Numbered from the stretch's first letter, positions 44,594-55,625 are shown. The stretch: 64,000 nt of DNA from Deferribacterales bacterium (GCA_050251875.1 JBFWMA010000001.1:401587-465586), one strand, 5' to 3'. Notes: generated by a model not told the origin, from the letters alone. Numbers and translations are program-made.

Positions 44594-45376
44594 TCAGTTC
44601 CACTGAGCCAGTTTCTGTCTGCCGAGTTTAGCGGCGTTAGTGTCGGAGAATTCGGCAGTGAGTTTTTGCAGAGTGATTATGGCGTTCTCTCTGTCGCCGA
44701 TGTTGCCATAGCTGTATCCCAGCTTAAGAAGGGCATCGGGAGCCTTGTTTCCATCGGGATATTTTTCCAGAAGCTCTTTGAATCTGGTGATGGCGCCGGG
44801 ATAGTCTTTCTGAGCGTATCTGATTTCACCCAGCCAGTAGATGGCGTTGTCGGATCTCTCCTCGTTGGGGAATTTTTTCAGAAACTCATAGAATTTGGCT
44901 TCGCTTTCGGCGTATTTCCCGTTTCTGTAGAGCTCATAGGCATATGTATACAGGCTGAGTTTGTCCTGCATGTTGTCTTCGATGATGATGACGTTGTCTT
45001 TTCCGCCTGATGCCGCGGGAGCAGCCATCACGGCGCCGCTGTCAGCTGCGGGCAAAGGCATGTCGGAAGCCGCCGGTGTTGTTTTGCCTTTTTCTATGGC
45101 GCCGACTCTGTCTTTCAGATCGATGATGTCTGTGTTCATCACAGTCATCTCCTCTCTGAGCTGAGAGATACCTTCTGAGTTTTTATTAATGTTTTCAGAG
45201 TTTGTACGGATGTTTTTATCCAGCTCCTGCATTTTCACCTGCATGTCGCCCATGGTGGACTGGATGCCCAGCATCTCGTCTTTGATGTTGTTCATGCTCT
45301 TCTGGATAAGCTCCTGGTCCGCTCCGCAAGCGGAGAGTGTGAGAGCCGCCAGAATTACGGCTGCTGATTTTTTCAT
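44594..45376 (-). CDS. cpoB: Tol-Pal-associated CpoB/YbgF lipoprotein (coiled coil + TPR)
   Basis: Lipobox LSAC, coiled coil, NAIYWLGE, YPDGNKAPDALLKLG. Confidence 0.82.
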   Translation of the reverse strand: MKKSAAVILAALTLSACGADQELIQKSMNNIKDEMLGIQSTMGDMQVKMQELDKNIRTNSENINKNSEGISQLREEMTVMNTDIIDLKDRVGAIEKGKTTPAASDMPLPAADSGAVMAAPAASGGKDNVIIIEDNMQDKLSLYTYAYELYRNGKYAESEAKFYEFLKKFPNEERSDNAIYWLGEIRYAQKDYPGAITRFKELLEKYPDGNKAPDALLKLGYSYGNIGDRENAIITLQKLTAEFSDTNAAKLGRQKLAQWN

Positions 45377-45390
45377 CGTACCTCCTTGTT

Positions 45391-46281
45391 TTATAGCAAA
45401 AATCTGTCAACCTGCTGTACAAGTATATCTGTATCGGGCTTGCCTATGAAGAGGTTCGCTCCGACGCTTTTTACCTTTCTTTCGTTCTCTTCAGACGCCA
45501 GAGATGAGAAGACTATGATGGGGATATTTTTAGTCTCCGGGTTTTCCCTGACTGATTTCACCACGAACGCGCCGTCTTTCACGGGCATCTCAAGGTCGGT
45601 GATTATCAGCTCGGGAGCTTTCTTGGCTACCTGATCGAGCAGAAGTTTTCCGTTTTCAAAAGCCATGATGGAATATCCCGCCTGCTCCAGGTGGGTGGCG
45701 AGGAATCTTCTGATAACGGCAGAATCTTCCGCCATGTAAACCACTCTGCCCTCTCTCAGGTGAGATTTGGAGTAGTCGATATTAACGTCTTTCAGCGCTG
45801 TGTCTGGGTTCAGCTCCAGAACGATCTTTTCGAAGTCCAGAAGCTGGATCAGGTTTCCGCCGATATCTATAACGCCGAGAACGGTTTCCACCATACTGAA
45901 ATCGGTCATGGATGAATAGTCTTTAATATCCGCCCATGTGATGCGGTGTATGCGTACAACTTCGTCCACCACGAAGCCGTTGTATTCGTGGTTGAAGAAG
46001 GTGACTATTATTTTCTTATCTTTGTAGTCGTTGTCATATTTCAGCCCCAGCCACTGGGCGAGGTCGATGATGGGGATCAGTTTCTGTCTGATGTTGGCTG
46101 TGCCCACAACAGACGGGTGAGCGTCCGGAACACGGACTATCTGTGGAAATCTGATGACCTCCCTCACTTTGGCAACGTTAATGCAGAAATGGTGCTCTTT
46201 GTTCCCCGCTTTAATAATAAATTCAACGATTTCAAATTCGTTTGTACCAGTTTCAAGAAGAATGCCGTGATCTAATGCCAT
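45391..46281 (-). CDS. cheV: Chemotaxis protein CheV (CheW + receiver)
   Basis: ILLETGTNEFEIVEF, INVAKVREVI, AEDS, TDLEMP, FSSL. Confidence 0.92.
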   Translation of the reverse strand: MALDHGILLETGTNEFEIVEFIIKAGNKEHHFCINVAKVREVIRFPQIVRVPDAHPSVVGTANIRQKLIPIIDLAQWLGLKYDNDYKDKKIIVTFFNHEYNGFVVDEVVRIHRITWADIKDYSSMTDFSMVETVLGVIDIGGNLIQLLDFEKIVLELNPDTALKDVNIDYSKSHLREGRVVYMAEDSAVIRRFLATHLEQAGYSIMAFENGKLLLDQVAKKAPELIITDLEMPVKDGAFVVKSVRENPETKNIPIIVFSSLASEENERKVKSVGANLFIGKPDTDILVQQVDRFLL

Positions 46282-46488
46282 ATCTGACCCTCTTGTTTAT
46301 TATCCTGAGAATTGGATGTAAATAAATACCCGCAAGGATAAAGATTTTATCTGCATTAATAAAATACCATATTTGTCGGGTCTGTTCAAGGCATAATGAG
46401 CAAAGTGAGCCCGGCGGATGGAAAAAAGGCACACTCCGGCTGAAAAACGGATGTTGCCGAAAAAGCGGGTATAATGTAAAATGAAAAA

Positions 46489-49107
46489 ATGCGGAAATAC
46501 TTTTTAATTCTGATATTGTTTCTGATCAGCCTGGATACTTTTGCGGCAGGGATATATCTGCGGAGCAAGGGTCACTTCAGCGAATGTGTCATCACGGATG
46601 TCGCCGATAAGGTCATCTCCGTCAGCAAGGGAACGGATATGCTGGCGGTGGAGATGTCAGAACCCCTGTCAGGGCTGAAAGGATCCCGCATCAACGACCC
46701 TTTTTTCAAATCCATCACCGTCAACGGCAAGATTCTCACATTCTCTCTCTTTCCCGGGAGCGACTACACAGTGACCCCCAGAGGAAAAGATCTGCACATT
46801 GTGGCGGCTAAAACCAAAAAGACCAACGACATAAAGACCGGATACGGAATCGAACAGCCGGTGGCGACAGCGGACATGACAATGTTCGAAAACGCCGACT
46901 ATGAAAATGTTCTGGCTAAGATCGATGCCCTGATGGCGTCCGGAGACTATACACAGGCGCTCAGCCTGACGGATAATTTCATGAAAACCCTTCAGGACGG
47001 GTATTACATGCAGGAGGCTTACTTCCGCATGGGCATGATATATCTCCTGACCGGCAAGGACAACTATAACAACTATGTCTATGCCGCCAAGGTTTTTGAG
47101 GATTTCTTAAAAAAATATCCGGAATCTTTCCGCAAGAAAGACGCCATGATAAAACTGGCGGAAGCCAAAGAGATGGCTCAGCTGTATAACGAGGCGATCT
47201 TCGCCTATGAGAATGTGATAAAAACCCTGCGCACTCCGGACGTGGTGAAAACCGCCTATGAGCGCATAGCGGATATATATGCCCAGATGGGGCAGTTTCA
47301 GAACGCCATAAACACCAGAGAAAAAATAATAAACAAGTTCAGGGACTCCTATGTGGATCAGCGGTCCAAGATAGGCATGCTCCAGACCAAGATGAAGGAT
47401 TATGACCTCGCTTACGGTTCTTTCCTGTCTGTGATGGACAGCAACCCTGATTTTTCTAAGATGGGCGCCGAGGAGCTGTATAACATGGCGGAGGTTTTCG
47501 CCATCAAATCGCAGATTCCCCACGCTAAGACGCTCTACGAAAAGGTATATACGCTCTATCCGTCCGATCAGAGAGCCGACATGTCAGCGTATAAATCAGC
47601 GAAAATGCTGGAAAAACTGGGCGAGAAACAGCCCACAGACGCAAGACTGCAGTTTTGCAGCAAAACCTATCCGAGGAAAAAAGGCGGGCTCCTCTGCTCT
47701 GTGACATACGCCGGACGGCATCTGGGCGAGAAAACATCCATCGAGTGGCTGGAATATCTGAAACCGGCTCTGGAATCATCCGATCTGGATATCCGTTCCG
47801 AAGCGGAGATGATAGTCATCAAGTCGCTCTTTGCCGAAAACAACTATGACGAGGCGGATAAAAAAGCGGCCGATTTCATCAGAAAGAATTTTGCCTCCGG
47901 ACATCTGGACGAGGTATACAGAATAAGACAGCGGATAACCCTGACGAAGGCGAAAGACGCCTATAAACGCTCGGATTACGTCACTGCCAAGACTCTTACG
48001 GAAAACATGCTGAAGGAATATCCCGACACTCCTTTCAAAAAAGAGGCTCTGGAAATTCTTCAGGATATCCGTTTCGGCGACATCCGTGAACAGTACAAAG
48101 CCGGAAAATTCAAAGAGACTGTGGACGATCTGACTGTTTTCCTGTCTGAAAACACGGACCTGATAAATCCCGAGAAGTGGATGTTCATGCTTCAGGAGGC
48201 GAAATATTCTTACGCCAAACAGCTCTTCACGGCGAAAAACTACACCGGAACAATGCTGGCGGCTAAAGAATATCTGATCTCTTTTCCCAACGGGATACAC
48301 AAGGATGAGGTCAGAAAAATGCTGGAATCATCCATATCGAATGTGATAACCGGGCTCTACAACAAACAGTCATACATCCAGCTGGTGGATGTTTTCGATA
48401 AAAACCAGAACCCGATACTCACCAGCAATGACGCCGCATTCAAAGACAGAATGAACAGCTATGCCGCTTTCGCTCTTTATAAACTGGGCATGGCGGACAA
48501 GGCGAACAAAATTCTGGATAGAAATAAGTCAGCAAAAAATCCTTATTACATAATGACTTCTCTGCTTCTGGGAAGAAAGATGCCGGATGTCGATCCGAAC
48601 GTTTTTTCCAGACAGATGATGGATTTTCTGGTGCAGGAGCTGGAGAAGAAAAATCCCGATATGCTCATCAGCCTGCTTCAGAAATACAAGAAAGATCCGG
48701 CGTTTGCCGCCCAGCAGATATACAGCATCAGCAAAGGCGTTTTTGACGATATCAAGCGTGAAAAACTGCTGTTTGATCTGTATATGAAGGTGGATATGGA
48801 TCCGAAATCCAGATTCAAAGGATATGAGGAGATATATCTCGACACGGGTATTTCTTTCTTTAAGCGAAATAACTATGACAGCGCTGTGAAGGTGCTGGAA
48901 CAGTTCAAACTTCTGCACACCCCCAGAGACGACAAACGTGCCGAAGGGCTGTATTATCTGGGTAAGGCATATGCCAAACAGGGCAATCAGGACAGCGCCT
49001 CCAACGCCTATATGGAGCTGTTGGAGAGTGTGCCGAAATCAGTTTACGCAAGTGCCGCAAAATCCGAGCTGGAGGACGCAAAATGGCGGAAAAACCTGAA
49101 AAAATAG
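46489..49107 (+). CDS. Large exported tetratricopeptide-repeat protein (flagellar locus)
   Basis: Signal peptide; repeated TPR-like motifs (EAYFRMG, FLKKYPES, EGLYYLGKAY); overlaps the start of the kinase gene. Confidence 0.8.
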   Translation: MRKYFLILILFLISLDTFAAGIYLRSKGHFSECVITDVADKVISVSKGTDMLAVEMSEPLSGLKGSRINDPFFKSITVNGKILTFSLFPGSDYTVTPRGKDLHIVAAKTKKTNDIKTGYGIEQPVATADMTMFENADYENVLAKIDALMASGDYTQALSLTDNFMKTLQDGYYMQEAYFRMGMIYLLTGKDNYNNYVYAAKVFEDFLKKYPESFRKKDAMIKLAEAKEMAQLYNEAIFAYENVIKTLRTPDVVKTAYERIADIYAQMGQFQNAINTREKIINKFRDSYVDQRSKIGMLQTKMKDYDLAYGSFLSVMDSNPDFSKMGAEELYNMAEVFAIKSQIPHAKTLYEKVYTLYPSDQRADMSAYKSAKMLEKLGEKQPTDARLQFCSKTYPRKKGGLLCSVTYAGRHLGEKTSIEWLEYLKPALESSDLDIRSEAEMIVIKSLFAENNYDEADKKAADFIRKNFASGHLDEVYRIRQRITLTKAKDAYKRSDYVTAKTLTENMLKEYPDTPFKKEALEILQDIRFGDIREQYKAGKFKETVDDLTVFLSENTDLINPEKWMFMLQEAKYSYAKQLFTAKNYTGTMLAAKEYLISFPNGIHKDEVRKMLESSISNVITGLYNKQSYIQLVDVFDKNQNPILTSNDAAFKDRMNSYAAFALYKLGMADKANKILDRNKSAKNPYYIMTSLLLGRKMPDVDPNVFSRQMMDFLVQELEKKNPDMLISLLQKYKKDPAFAAQQIYSISKGVFDDIKREKLLFDLYMKVDMDPKSRFKGYEEIYLDTGISFFKRNNYDSAVKVLEQFKLLHTPRDDKRAEGLYYLGKAYAKQGNQDSASNAYMELLESVPKSVYASAAKSELEDAKWRKNLKK

Positions 49108-50207
49108 ATAAATCCGGCGAGATGGAGATGCTGGCGCAGGCGTTTGCCGCTTTCAGCGAAGCGTCAGCCAAGCTGGAGGAGAAATATGTTATCATAGAGG
49201 AAGAGGCGAAGAAACTGCGTGAAGAGGTGGAGGAAAAAAACCTTCAGCTCTCCAAACTGTCTGGTCTTCTCTCCTCCGTTCTGGATAATTCGAACAGCTG
49301 TGTCACAGCCATAGACGGTCAGGACAACATTCTGGTTAAAAACCCTGTCGCCGACAGCTTTATTCAGGAGCTGGGCATGGATCTGTTCATGGATATGCTG
49401 AAAAGCCATGAGAAACCGGGGGTATACGACCACGAGCTGGACGGCAGAACGTTTCGTCTGTCTGTGGGACTGCTGGATGAACAAAAAGGATTTGTCTTTG
49501 TCATAAACGATATAACGCATATGAAAAAGCTGGAAGGCGAGCGCCAGCGTGACGAGAAGCTGGTTCTGATGGGTGAGATGGCGGCGAACATCGCCCACGA
49601 GATACGCAACCCGCTGGGCAGTATAGAGCTTTTCGCCTCTCTGCTGGAACGTGACCTGAAAGGGGACGAGTCCGGAACCAAGCTGACACGCTCCATAGTG
49701 AAAGGTGTGCGCACCATCAACAGCATTATATCGAATATTCTGCTGTTTACCAAAGAGATAAAACTGGAACCCATCCGCAGGCACACAGCCGACATAGTGG
49801 ATGATGTGATACTCTATCTGTCGCACCTGATGAAAGATAAAAATATAAAATTTATTAATAATATAGATGAAGAACACATGGTCAACTGCGACTTTGAGCT
49901 GTGCAAGCAGGTGGTGATGAACATAGTTCACAACGCCATCGAGGCTGTGCCGGACGGAGGAAAGATAATCATCGATTCCTTTCAGAAGGGCGATGTTTCC
50001 GGATTCACCGTCACCGACAGCGGAACAGGCATCAGCGAATCCATGCGCAAGAAGCTCTTTATCCCGTTTCAGACCACCAAGGCAAAGGGAACAGGGCTGG
50101 GGCTCGCCATCGTCTACAAGATTATCAAGGCGCACAACGGCGCTATATCGGTGGACAGCGACGGAGCGAGCTATACAAAGTTTACGGTTGAATTTCCGGT
50201 AAAGTAA
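49083..50207 (+). CDS. Cytoplasmic sensor histidine kinase, FlrB/FleS/FlgS-like
   Basis: GEMAANIAHEIRNPLGSIELFASLL, NAIEA, FQTTKAKGTGLGL; upstream of a sigma54 regulator and flgB. Confidence 0.88.
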   Translation: MAEKPEKIDKSGEMEMLAQAFAAFSEASAKLEEKYVIIEEEAKKLREEVEEKNLQLSKLSGLLSSVLDNSNSCVTAIDGQDNILVKNPVADSFIQELGMDLFMDMLKSHEKPGVYDHELDGRTFRLSVGLLDEQKGFVFVINDITHMKKLEGERQRDEKLVLMGEMAANIAHEIRNPLGSIELFASLLERDLKGDESGTKLTRSIVKGVRTINSIISNILLFTKEIKLEPIRRHTADIVDDVILYLSHLMKDKNIKFINNIDEEHMVNCDFELCKQVVMNIVHNAIEAVPDGGKIIIDSFQKGDVSGFTVTDSGTGISESMRKKLFIPFQTTKAKGTGLGLAIVYKIIKAHNGAISVDSDGASYTKFTVEFPVK

Positions 50208-50216
50208 GGGGTTGAT

Positions 50217-51641
50217 ATGGACTTAACATCGAAAAAAATCCTGATAGTGGACGATGACGACAATATGCGTGAAGCCATGGTGGAAACAGTCCGCAGGATG
50301 GGCGTTTCCGTGGATTACGCCGTGGACGGTCAGGACGGTTTCGAGAAGGCTTCCACACGTCCGTATGACCTCATAATCAGTGATATGCGCATGCCCGTGG
50401 TGGACGGGATGAGCATGATGGGACTGCTGACAAACTCCGGCATAAAGACACCTCTGTGCTTCGTCACCGCCTTCGGCACGGTGAACAATGCTGTGGAGGC
50501 GCTCAAGCTGGGAGCTTATGATTATATATTAAAACCCTTCGCCCCGGAGGTGATAGAGGAGCTCGTCCGCCGTGTGCTGGAGCTGGAGGACACAGCCCCC
50601 GCCGCCAAGCGCAAGAAGAACACGGCGATATTCCGCAGCGCTTTCATGGCACAGCTCTTTTCGCTCGCCCGTGATGTTGCCGCCAGCGAGGCGACAGTGC
50701 TCATCACAGGGGAATCCGGTACGGGTAAGGAAGTCTTTGCCAGATACATTCACGAGAACTCAAACAGAAAGTCCGGTCCTTTTGTGGCTGTCAACTGCGC
50801 CGCTCTGCCGGATAATCTTATAGAATCAGAACTTTTCGGATATGAGAAGGGAGCGTTCACAGGCGCTGTCAACCGCAAGCCGGGTAAATTCGAGCTGGCG
50901 GACGGCGGAACTATTCTGCTGGACGAGCTGGGCGAGATACCGCTTCATCTTCAGGCGAAACTGCTGAGAGTGCTTCAGGAGAAAGAGATAGAGAGGCTGG
51001 GCGGAACAAAACCCGTGCGCATCAACGTGCGCATCCTCGCCACCACCAACCGTGACCTGAAAAAAGAGGTGGACGCGGGCAACTTCAGAGAGGATCTGTT
51101 CTACCGTCTGAACGTCATCTCCATCGAGCTCCCCCCTCTTAGAGAGCGCAAGGACGACATCATGGAGCTGGCGTCATTCTTCACCGAAAAATACTGTCAG
51201 ATAAACGGAAAAAATCTTTGCAGGCTGGGACAGGACGCCGAGAGCGCCCTTTTGAAATATGACTGGCCGGGCAACGTCAGAGAGCTGGAACACACCATAG
51301 AGCGTGCTGTGGTGCTCTGCCGTGACGACATTATCAACGAAAAAAATCTATTCCTGCACGGGATAACGATAAACCAGTTTCTGCTGGATAAAGATGAGAT
51401 TCAGGCGGCGTCCGCTGATGAGGATGATGTTCAGACATCAGCGGCATCCGAACAGAAGACAAACGCCCACAGCCTGTCGGGCACCATCGCTGACATGGAG
51501 CGTGAGCTCATCCTCAGCACTCTGAAACAGACGGACGGCAACAGGACGAAGGCGGCGGAGCTGCTGGGAATCACTGTCCGGACACTGCGCAACAAGCTGA
51601 ACGAATACAGAGAGCAGGGCATAGACATCACAGGCGACTGA
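50217..51641 (+). CDS. sigma54-dependent response regulator, FlrC/FleR/FlgR-like
   Basis: Receiver, [31 protein letters not shown], Fis [24 protein letters not shown]. Confidence 0.93.
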   Translation: MDLTSKKILIVDDDDNMREAMVETVRRMGVSVDYAVDGQDGFEKASTRPYDLIISDMRMPVVDGMSMMGLLTNSGIKTPLCFVTAFGTVNNAVEALKLGAYDYILKPFAPEVIEELVRRVLELEDTAPAAKRKKNTAIFRSAFMAQLFSLARDVAASEATVLITGESGTGKEVFARYIHENSNRKSGPFVAVNCAALPDNLIESELFGYEKGAFTGAVNRKPGKFELADGGTILLDELGEIPLHLQAKLLRVLQEKEIERLGGTKPVRINVRILATTNRDLKKEVDAGNFREDLFYRLNVISIELPPLRERKDDIMELASFFTEKYCQINGKNLCRLGQDAESALLKYDWPGNVRELEHTIERAVVLCRDDIINEKNLFLHGITINQFLLDKDEIQAASADEDDVQTSAASEQKTNAHSLSGTIADMERELILSTLKQTDGNRTKAAELLGITVRTLRNKLNEYREQGIDITGD

Positions 51642-51684
51642 TCCACGGAAACAACTCTTTTTGTTCATATTTTCCCCATAACTT

Positions 51685-51700
51685 TGGCACGGATATTGTT
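51685..51700 (+). promoter_or_regulatory. sigma54 (-24/-12) promoter of flgB
   Basis: TGGCAC-GGATA-TTGT (GT instead of GC at -12), about 25 nt before flgB and just after the activator gene. Confidence 0.7.
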
Positions 51701-51723
51701 ATTACATTATCACGGAGGAAGAT

Positions 51724-52131
51724 ATGAACTCAATTTTCTCACAGATGGGCATCGACAAACTTGGATACGGACTGGTAACAGCGTCCACCAAGAACGATGT
51801 GATATCGCAAAACATTGCTAATGTTGACACTCCCGGATATAAGGCGAAAGATCTGAAATTTTTCGATGTTATGTCCGAAGTGATGGGCACAGGGAAAAAA
51901 TTGCCTCTTGCCCGCACCAATGAGAAACATCTTCCCTCTCAGGACAAGATACTTAATCCTTCCGAGTTCATATACGACCAGAACAATCCCTCCGTAAGAA
52001 ATGACGGCAACGATGTGAACGAAGATTATGAAATGAGCCAGATGGCTGAAAACAGCGTTCGCTATCAGATGCTTGCGCAGCTCACAGCCGGCAAGTTCAC
52101 CAAGCTGAAAGAGATAATCCAGAGCAAGTAA
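51724..52131 (+). CDS. flgB: Flagellar basal-body rod protein FlgB
   Basis: NIANVDTPGYKAKD, RNDGNDV. Confidence 0.93.
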   Translation: MNSIFSQMGIDKLGYGLVTASTKNDVISQNIANVDTPGYKAKDLKFFDVMSEVMGTGKKLPLARTNEKHLPSQDKILNPSEFIYDQNNPSVRNDGNDVNEDYEMSQMAENSVRYQMLAQLTAGKFTKLKEIIQSK

Positions 52132-52142
52132 GGGAGTAGGAC

Positions 52143-52547
52143 ATGAGCTATTTTGACGTAATGAATGTAGCCGCCACAGGCATGAGCGCTCAGAGAATCA
52201 GAATAACAGCTATTTCTTCCAACCTGGCTAACGCTCAGACGACAAAAACCGCTGACGGCGGACCCTATAAACGTCAGGATGTTGTCTTTCAGACCATCAT
52301 GGACGGACAGAACGCCGGCGGCGTGAAAGTTAATCAGGTTATTACAGACGATAAACCGCCGATTCTGAAATATGAGCCCGATCATCCTGATGCGGATGAA
52401 GAGGGCTATGTGGCTTATCCCAACGTGAACCCCATCGAAGAGATGGTGAACATGCTGGAAGCCTCCAGAAGCTATGAGGCGAACACAACAGTGCTGAACA
52501 CTGCCAAACAGCTCGCTCTCAAGGCGATAGAGATCGGCAAGGCATAA
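52143..52547 (+). CDS. flgC: Flagellar basal-body rod protein FlgC
   Basis: SNLANA, GGPYKR, YEPDHPDA, YPNVN, ASRSYEAN. Confidence 0.95.
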   Translation: MSYFDVMNVAATGMSAQRIRITAISSNLANAQTTKTADGGPYKRQDVVFQTIMDGQNAGGVKVNQVITDDKPPILKYEPDHPDADEEGYVAYPNVNPIEEMVNMLEASRSYEANTTVLNTAKQLALKAIEIGKA

Positions 52548-52613
52548 ATACATAATAATTCTGTTGTAAAATAAGGGCGATGTATATTATATTAGAAGAG
52601 CAGGGGTAAAAGT

Positions 52614-52925
52614 ATGTCGGATATTAACAGTATAAATTTTTTACTGCCCAACAAGCTGGACACAGGAACATCCTCCGCCAAGACCACTGAGTCTGCCGGC
52701 GAGAGTGTGGACTTTGCCGCTTTGCTCAAAGACGCCCTTAAAGACGTTAACGATGCTCAGCTGACCGCTGATGATGCCGTTCAGAAAGTCCTTAGCGGTG
52801 AGACAAAAGACATATCTTCCACAATGATCGCCCTGCAGAAAGCAGACGTATCGCTCAAAATGATGCTCGAGGTCCGTAACAAAATGATGGACGCGTATCA
52901 GGAGATCATGCGTACTCAGGTCTAA
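52614..52925 (+). CDS. fliE: Flagellar hook-basal body protein FliE
   Basis: EVRNKMMDAYQEIMRTQV. Confidence 0.95.
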   Translation: MSDINSINFLLPNKLDTGTSSAKTTESAGESVDFAALLKDALKDVNDAQLTADDAVQKVLSGETKDISSTMIALQKADVSLKMMLEVRNKMMDAYQEIMRTQV

Positions 52926-52937
52926 TTGTGAGGGTGT

Positions 52938-54608
52938 ATGGCTCTTGGGGACATAATTTCCCAATTTCAGGAAACATTTAAAAAACTAACTCTTCTTCAG
53001 AAAGTCTCGGTAATGTCAGCTGTGGCGGCAGTGGTTATCTCTGTCGTTGTGGTGGTTTACTGGGCCAATCGACCTGTCTATAAAATGCTATTCGCAGGAA
53101 TGACTTCCGATGACGCAGCCACCGTAATCGAAAAACTCAAGGAACAAAACGTCCCATATAAGATAGAAGACGGCGGAGCGAAAATCACCGTTCCGGAAAA
53201 ATTCGTCTATGAAACAAGACTCAATCTGGCAAAAGAGGGCATCCCCAAAGGCGGGGGCGCCGGGCTGGAGCTTTTCGATAAATCATCCTTCGGCATGACG
53301 GAGTTCATGCAGAATGTCAATTTTCAGCGCGCTCTTCAGGGTGAGCTGGCGAGAACCATCACATCGCTGAAAGAGATAGCCGAGGCACGGGTTCACCTTT
53401 CTGTTCCGAAAGATAGGCTCTTCATCTCTGATGAGGAGGCGTCTAAGGCTTCTGTCGTTGTCCGCCTGAAGAGCGGAGAGACGCTGGGACGTGAACAGGT
53501 GAAGGCGATAGCGTCTCTTGTTTCCGGCGCTGTGAAGGGGCTGACACCGGAGAACGTACAGATAGTCGATACATCGGGCAGACTGCTCAGCGAGTTTCTC
53601 ACCAACGAGGCGGAACCCCTGATGCTGACACAGACCCAGCTGGAATATCAGCGCAAGGTCGAAAAAGATCTGGAAAACAAAGTTAACGAGATTCTGGGAA
53701 GCACACTGGGCGTGGGCAACGCCGTGGCAAAGGTTACGGCGGACATCGATTTCGCCAAACGGGACATCACGAAGGAAGAATATGACCCCAACCCCGTTCT
53801 GCGCTCTCAGCAGTCTTCAGAGATAAACAGCAAAAATTCCCCGGACACTCCTCAGGGTGTTCCGGGAGTGCAGTCCAACCTCGCCGAGCCCAACATCACG
53901 CAGGGCGGCACCACTTCTGAATATAACAAGAGCGATGAGACTCAGAATTTTGAGATAGGAAAAACTGTTACCGTAGAGCAGAAACCCTATGGTACAATTA
54001 ATCGTATAACCGTTGCCGTGGTGGTGGATGATAAAAAAACCACCAAAAAAGCCGAAGACGGCAAGACAGACGTGGTGGAATCCACCCCGAGAACACCGGA
54101 AGATATGACTTCCATCAAAAATCTTGTTGCTATGGCAGTGGGTTATGACGAAACCAGAAAGGATCAGATCGAGGTTTCCAACATATCGTTTGATACATCG
54201 TCAAAAGATCAGGAAACAACTCTGATAAAAAGGGAGAAAACCATGGAGCTGGTGGGACTTCTGTCTAAATACGCTCTGGCGGCGGTCATTGTTCTGTTGT
54301 TCTACTTCCTCGTTATCAGAAGAATCCTCAAGAAAATGGACAAGCCCGTCACTGTTCACGAGGACGGTTCCATCACATACGGAGATCTGGGCAGAGACGA
54401 TGTGGGGCTGGAGCTCAACATGAACGAGCGCTATCCCAAATCTCTGGAAGAGCTCGAAAAAGAGATCGAGAGCGAGCTCAACGAAGGCGCTCCTCTGGAT
54501 GTGGAAACAGTCAAATCGAAAGTTATGCTTAAAAAGATAGAAGATTTCGCAGCGGAAGACCCGGAGGCAATGGCCAACCTTATCAAAAGCCTGCTGAAAG
54601 GAGATTAA
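52938..54608 (+). CDS. fliF: Flagellar M-ring protein FliF
   Basis: GLELFD, FGMTEF, RALQGELARTI, ARVHL, GVPGVQSN. Confidence 0.95.
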   Translation: MALGDIISQFQETFKKLTLLQKVSVMSAVAAVVISVVVVVYWANRPVYKMLFAGMTSDDAATVIEKLKEQNVPYKIEDGGAKITVPEKFVYETRLNLAKEGIPKGGGAGLELFDKSSFGMTEFMQNVNFQRALQGELARTITSLKEIAEARVHLSVPKDRLFISDEEASKASVVVRLKSGETLGREQVKAIASLVSGAVKGLTPENVQIVDTSGRLLSEFLTNEAEPLMLTQTQLEYQRKVEKDLENKVNEILGSTLGVGNAVAKVTADIDFAKRDITKEEYDPNPVLRSQQSSEINSKNSPDTPQGVPGVQSNLAEPNITQGGTTSEYNKSDETQNFEIGKTVTVEQKPYGTINRITVAVVVDDKKTTKKAEDGKTDVVESTPRTPEDMTSIKNLVAMAVGYDETRKDQIEVSNISFDTSSKDQETTLIKREKTMELVGLLSKYALAAVIVLLFYFLVIRRILKKMDKPVTVHEDGSITYGDLGRDDVGLELNMNERYPKSLEELEKEIESELNEGAPLDVETVKSKVMLKKIEDFAAEDPEAMANLIKSLLKGD

Positions 54609-54614
54609 GGGGAT

Positions 54615-55613
54615 ATGGTTTCAGAAGAAGGAATCAAAAGAGCAGCCGCTATAATGATAGCCCTGGGCGAAGAGATCACCGCGCCCGTTCTCGCTCATCT
54701 GGACGATGACGAGGTGAGCGAACTTACCAAAGAGATCGCCACCACCAAGATAGTCTCGCCCGAGAAGATGGACGAATATATAGAAGATTTCTACAACATG
54801 ATGCTGGCGAAGAAATTCATCGCCAAGGGCGGTCTGGAATACGCTAAAACGGTTCTGGTAAAATCTCTGGGACCGGAAAGAGCGAGAAAGATCATCGACC
54901 GTCTGACGAAGATGCTGGAACAGTCGTCCGGTTTCGACTTTCTGGCTAAGATCGACCCTAAACAGCTCGCAAAATTTATCCAGACGGAACACCCCCAGAC
55001 CATCGCCCTGATTCTGGCGCATCTGGACCCGTCACAGGCGGCGGAGTCTCTGGCTCAGCTCCCGGAGGATATGAAAGCCGACATCACCTTGAGAATTTCA
55101 AACCTTCAGGATATATCGCCTTCCGTTGTAAAAACACTCGCCAGAGTGCTGGAGGAGAGATTCGAGTCTCTGTCGTCCTACAATGTTGAAGTGGGCGGTG
55201 TTAAATCCGTTGCCGAGATTTTCAACCGTATGGACAGAACCACCAGCAAGACCACTCTGGAAAAACTGGAAAAAGAGAGCCCCGAGCTTGTTGCGGCTAT
55301 CAGGGATATGATGTTCGTATTTGACGATATCAAGGTTCTCAACGATGTCGCCATCCAGGAAATCCTTAAGAAAGCAGATAAAAAAGCTCTCACCATGGCT
55401 CTCAAAGGAACCGATGACGAGATGCAGGAGCGTTTCTTCCGCAATATGTCCAAGCGTGCTGTGGAGACTATGAAAGAAGAGATGGAATACATGGGACCCG
55501 TTAAGCTGAAAGAGGTGGAAAAAGCTCAGCACGAGATTGTTTCCATCGTCCGTGAGCTCGAGGAAGAGGGCATCGTGAACATCGGCGGCGGCGAAGAAGA
55601 CCAATACGTTTAA
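54615..55613 (+). CDS. fliG: Flagellar motor switch protein FliG
   Basis: GGLEYA, EHPQTIAL, GGVKSVAEI, MFVFDD, NMSKRA, GPVKLKEVE. Confidence 0.95.
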   Translation: MVSEEGIKRAAAIMIALGEEITAPVLAHLDDDEVSELTKEIATTKIVSPEKMDEYIEDFYNMMLAKKFIAKGGLEYAKTVLVKSLGPERARKIIDRLTKMLEQSSGFDFLAKIDPKQLAKFIQTEHPQTIALILAHLDPSQAAESLAQLPEDMKADITLRISNLQDISPSVVKTLARVLEERFESLSSYNVEVGGVKSVAEIFNRMDRTTSKTTLEKLEKESPELVAAIRDMMFVFDDIKVLNDVAIQEILKKADKKALTMALKGTDDEMQERFFRNMSKRAVETMKEEMEYMGPVKLKEVEKAQHEIVSIVRELEEEGIVNIGGGEEDQYV

Positions 55614-55625
55614 TCAAAACTATGT

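Noticed and set aside
49164..50135. 323-aa antisense ORF
   Set aside because: Shadow of the histidine kinase gene
52564..52593. Internal sigma70 promoter before fliE
   Set aside because: TTGTAA and TATATT are 18 bp apart in AT-rich sequence; too weak to call
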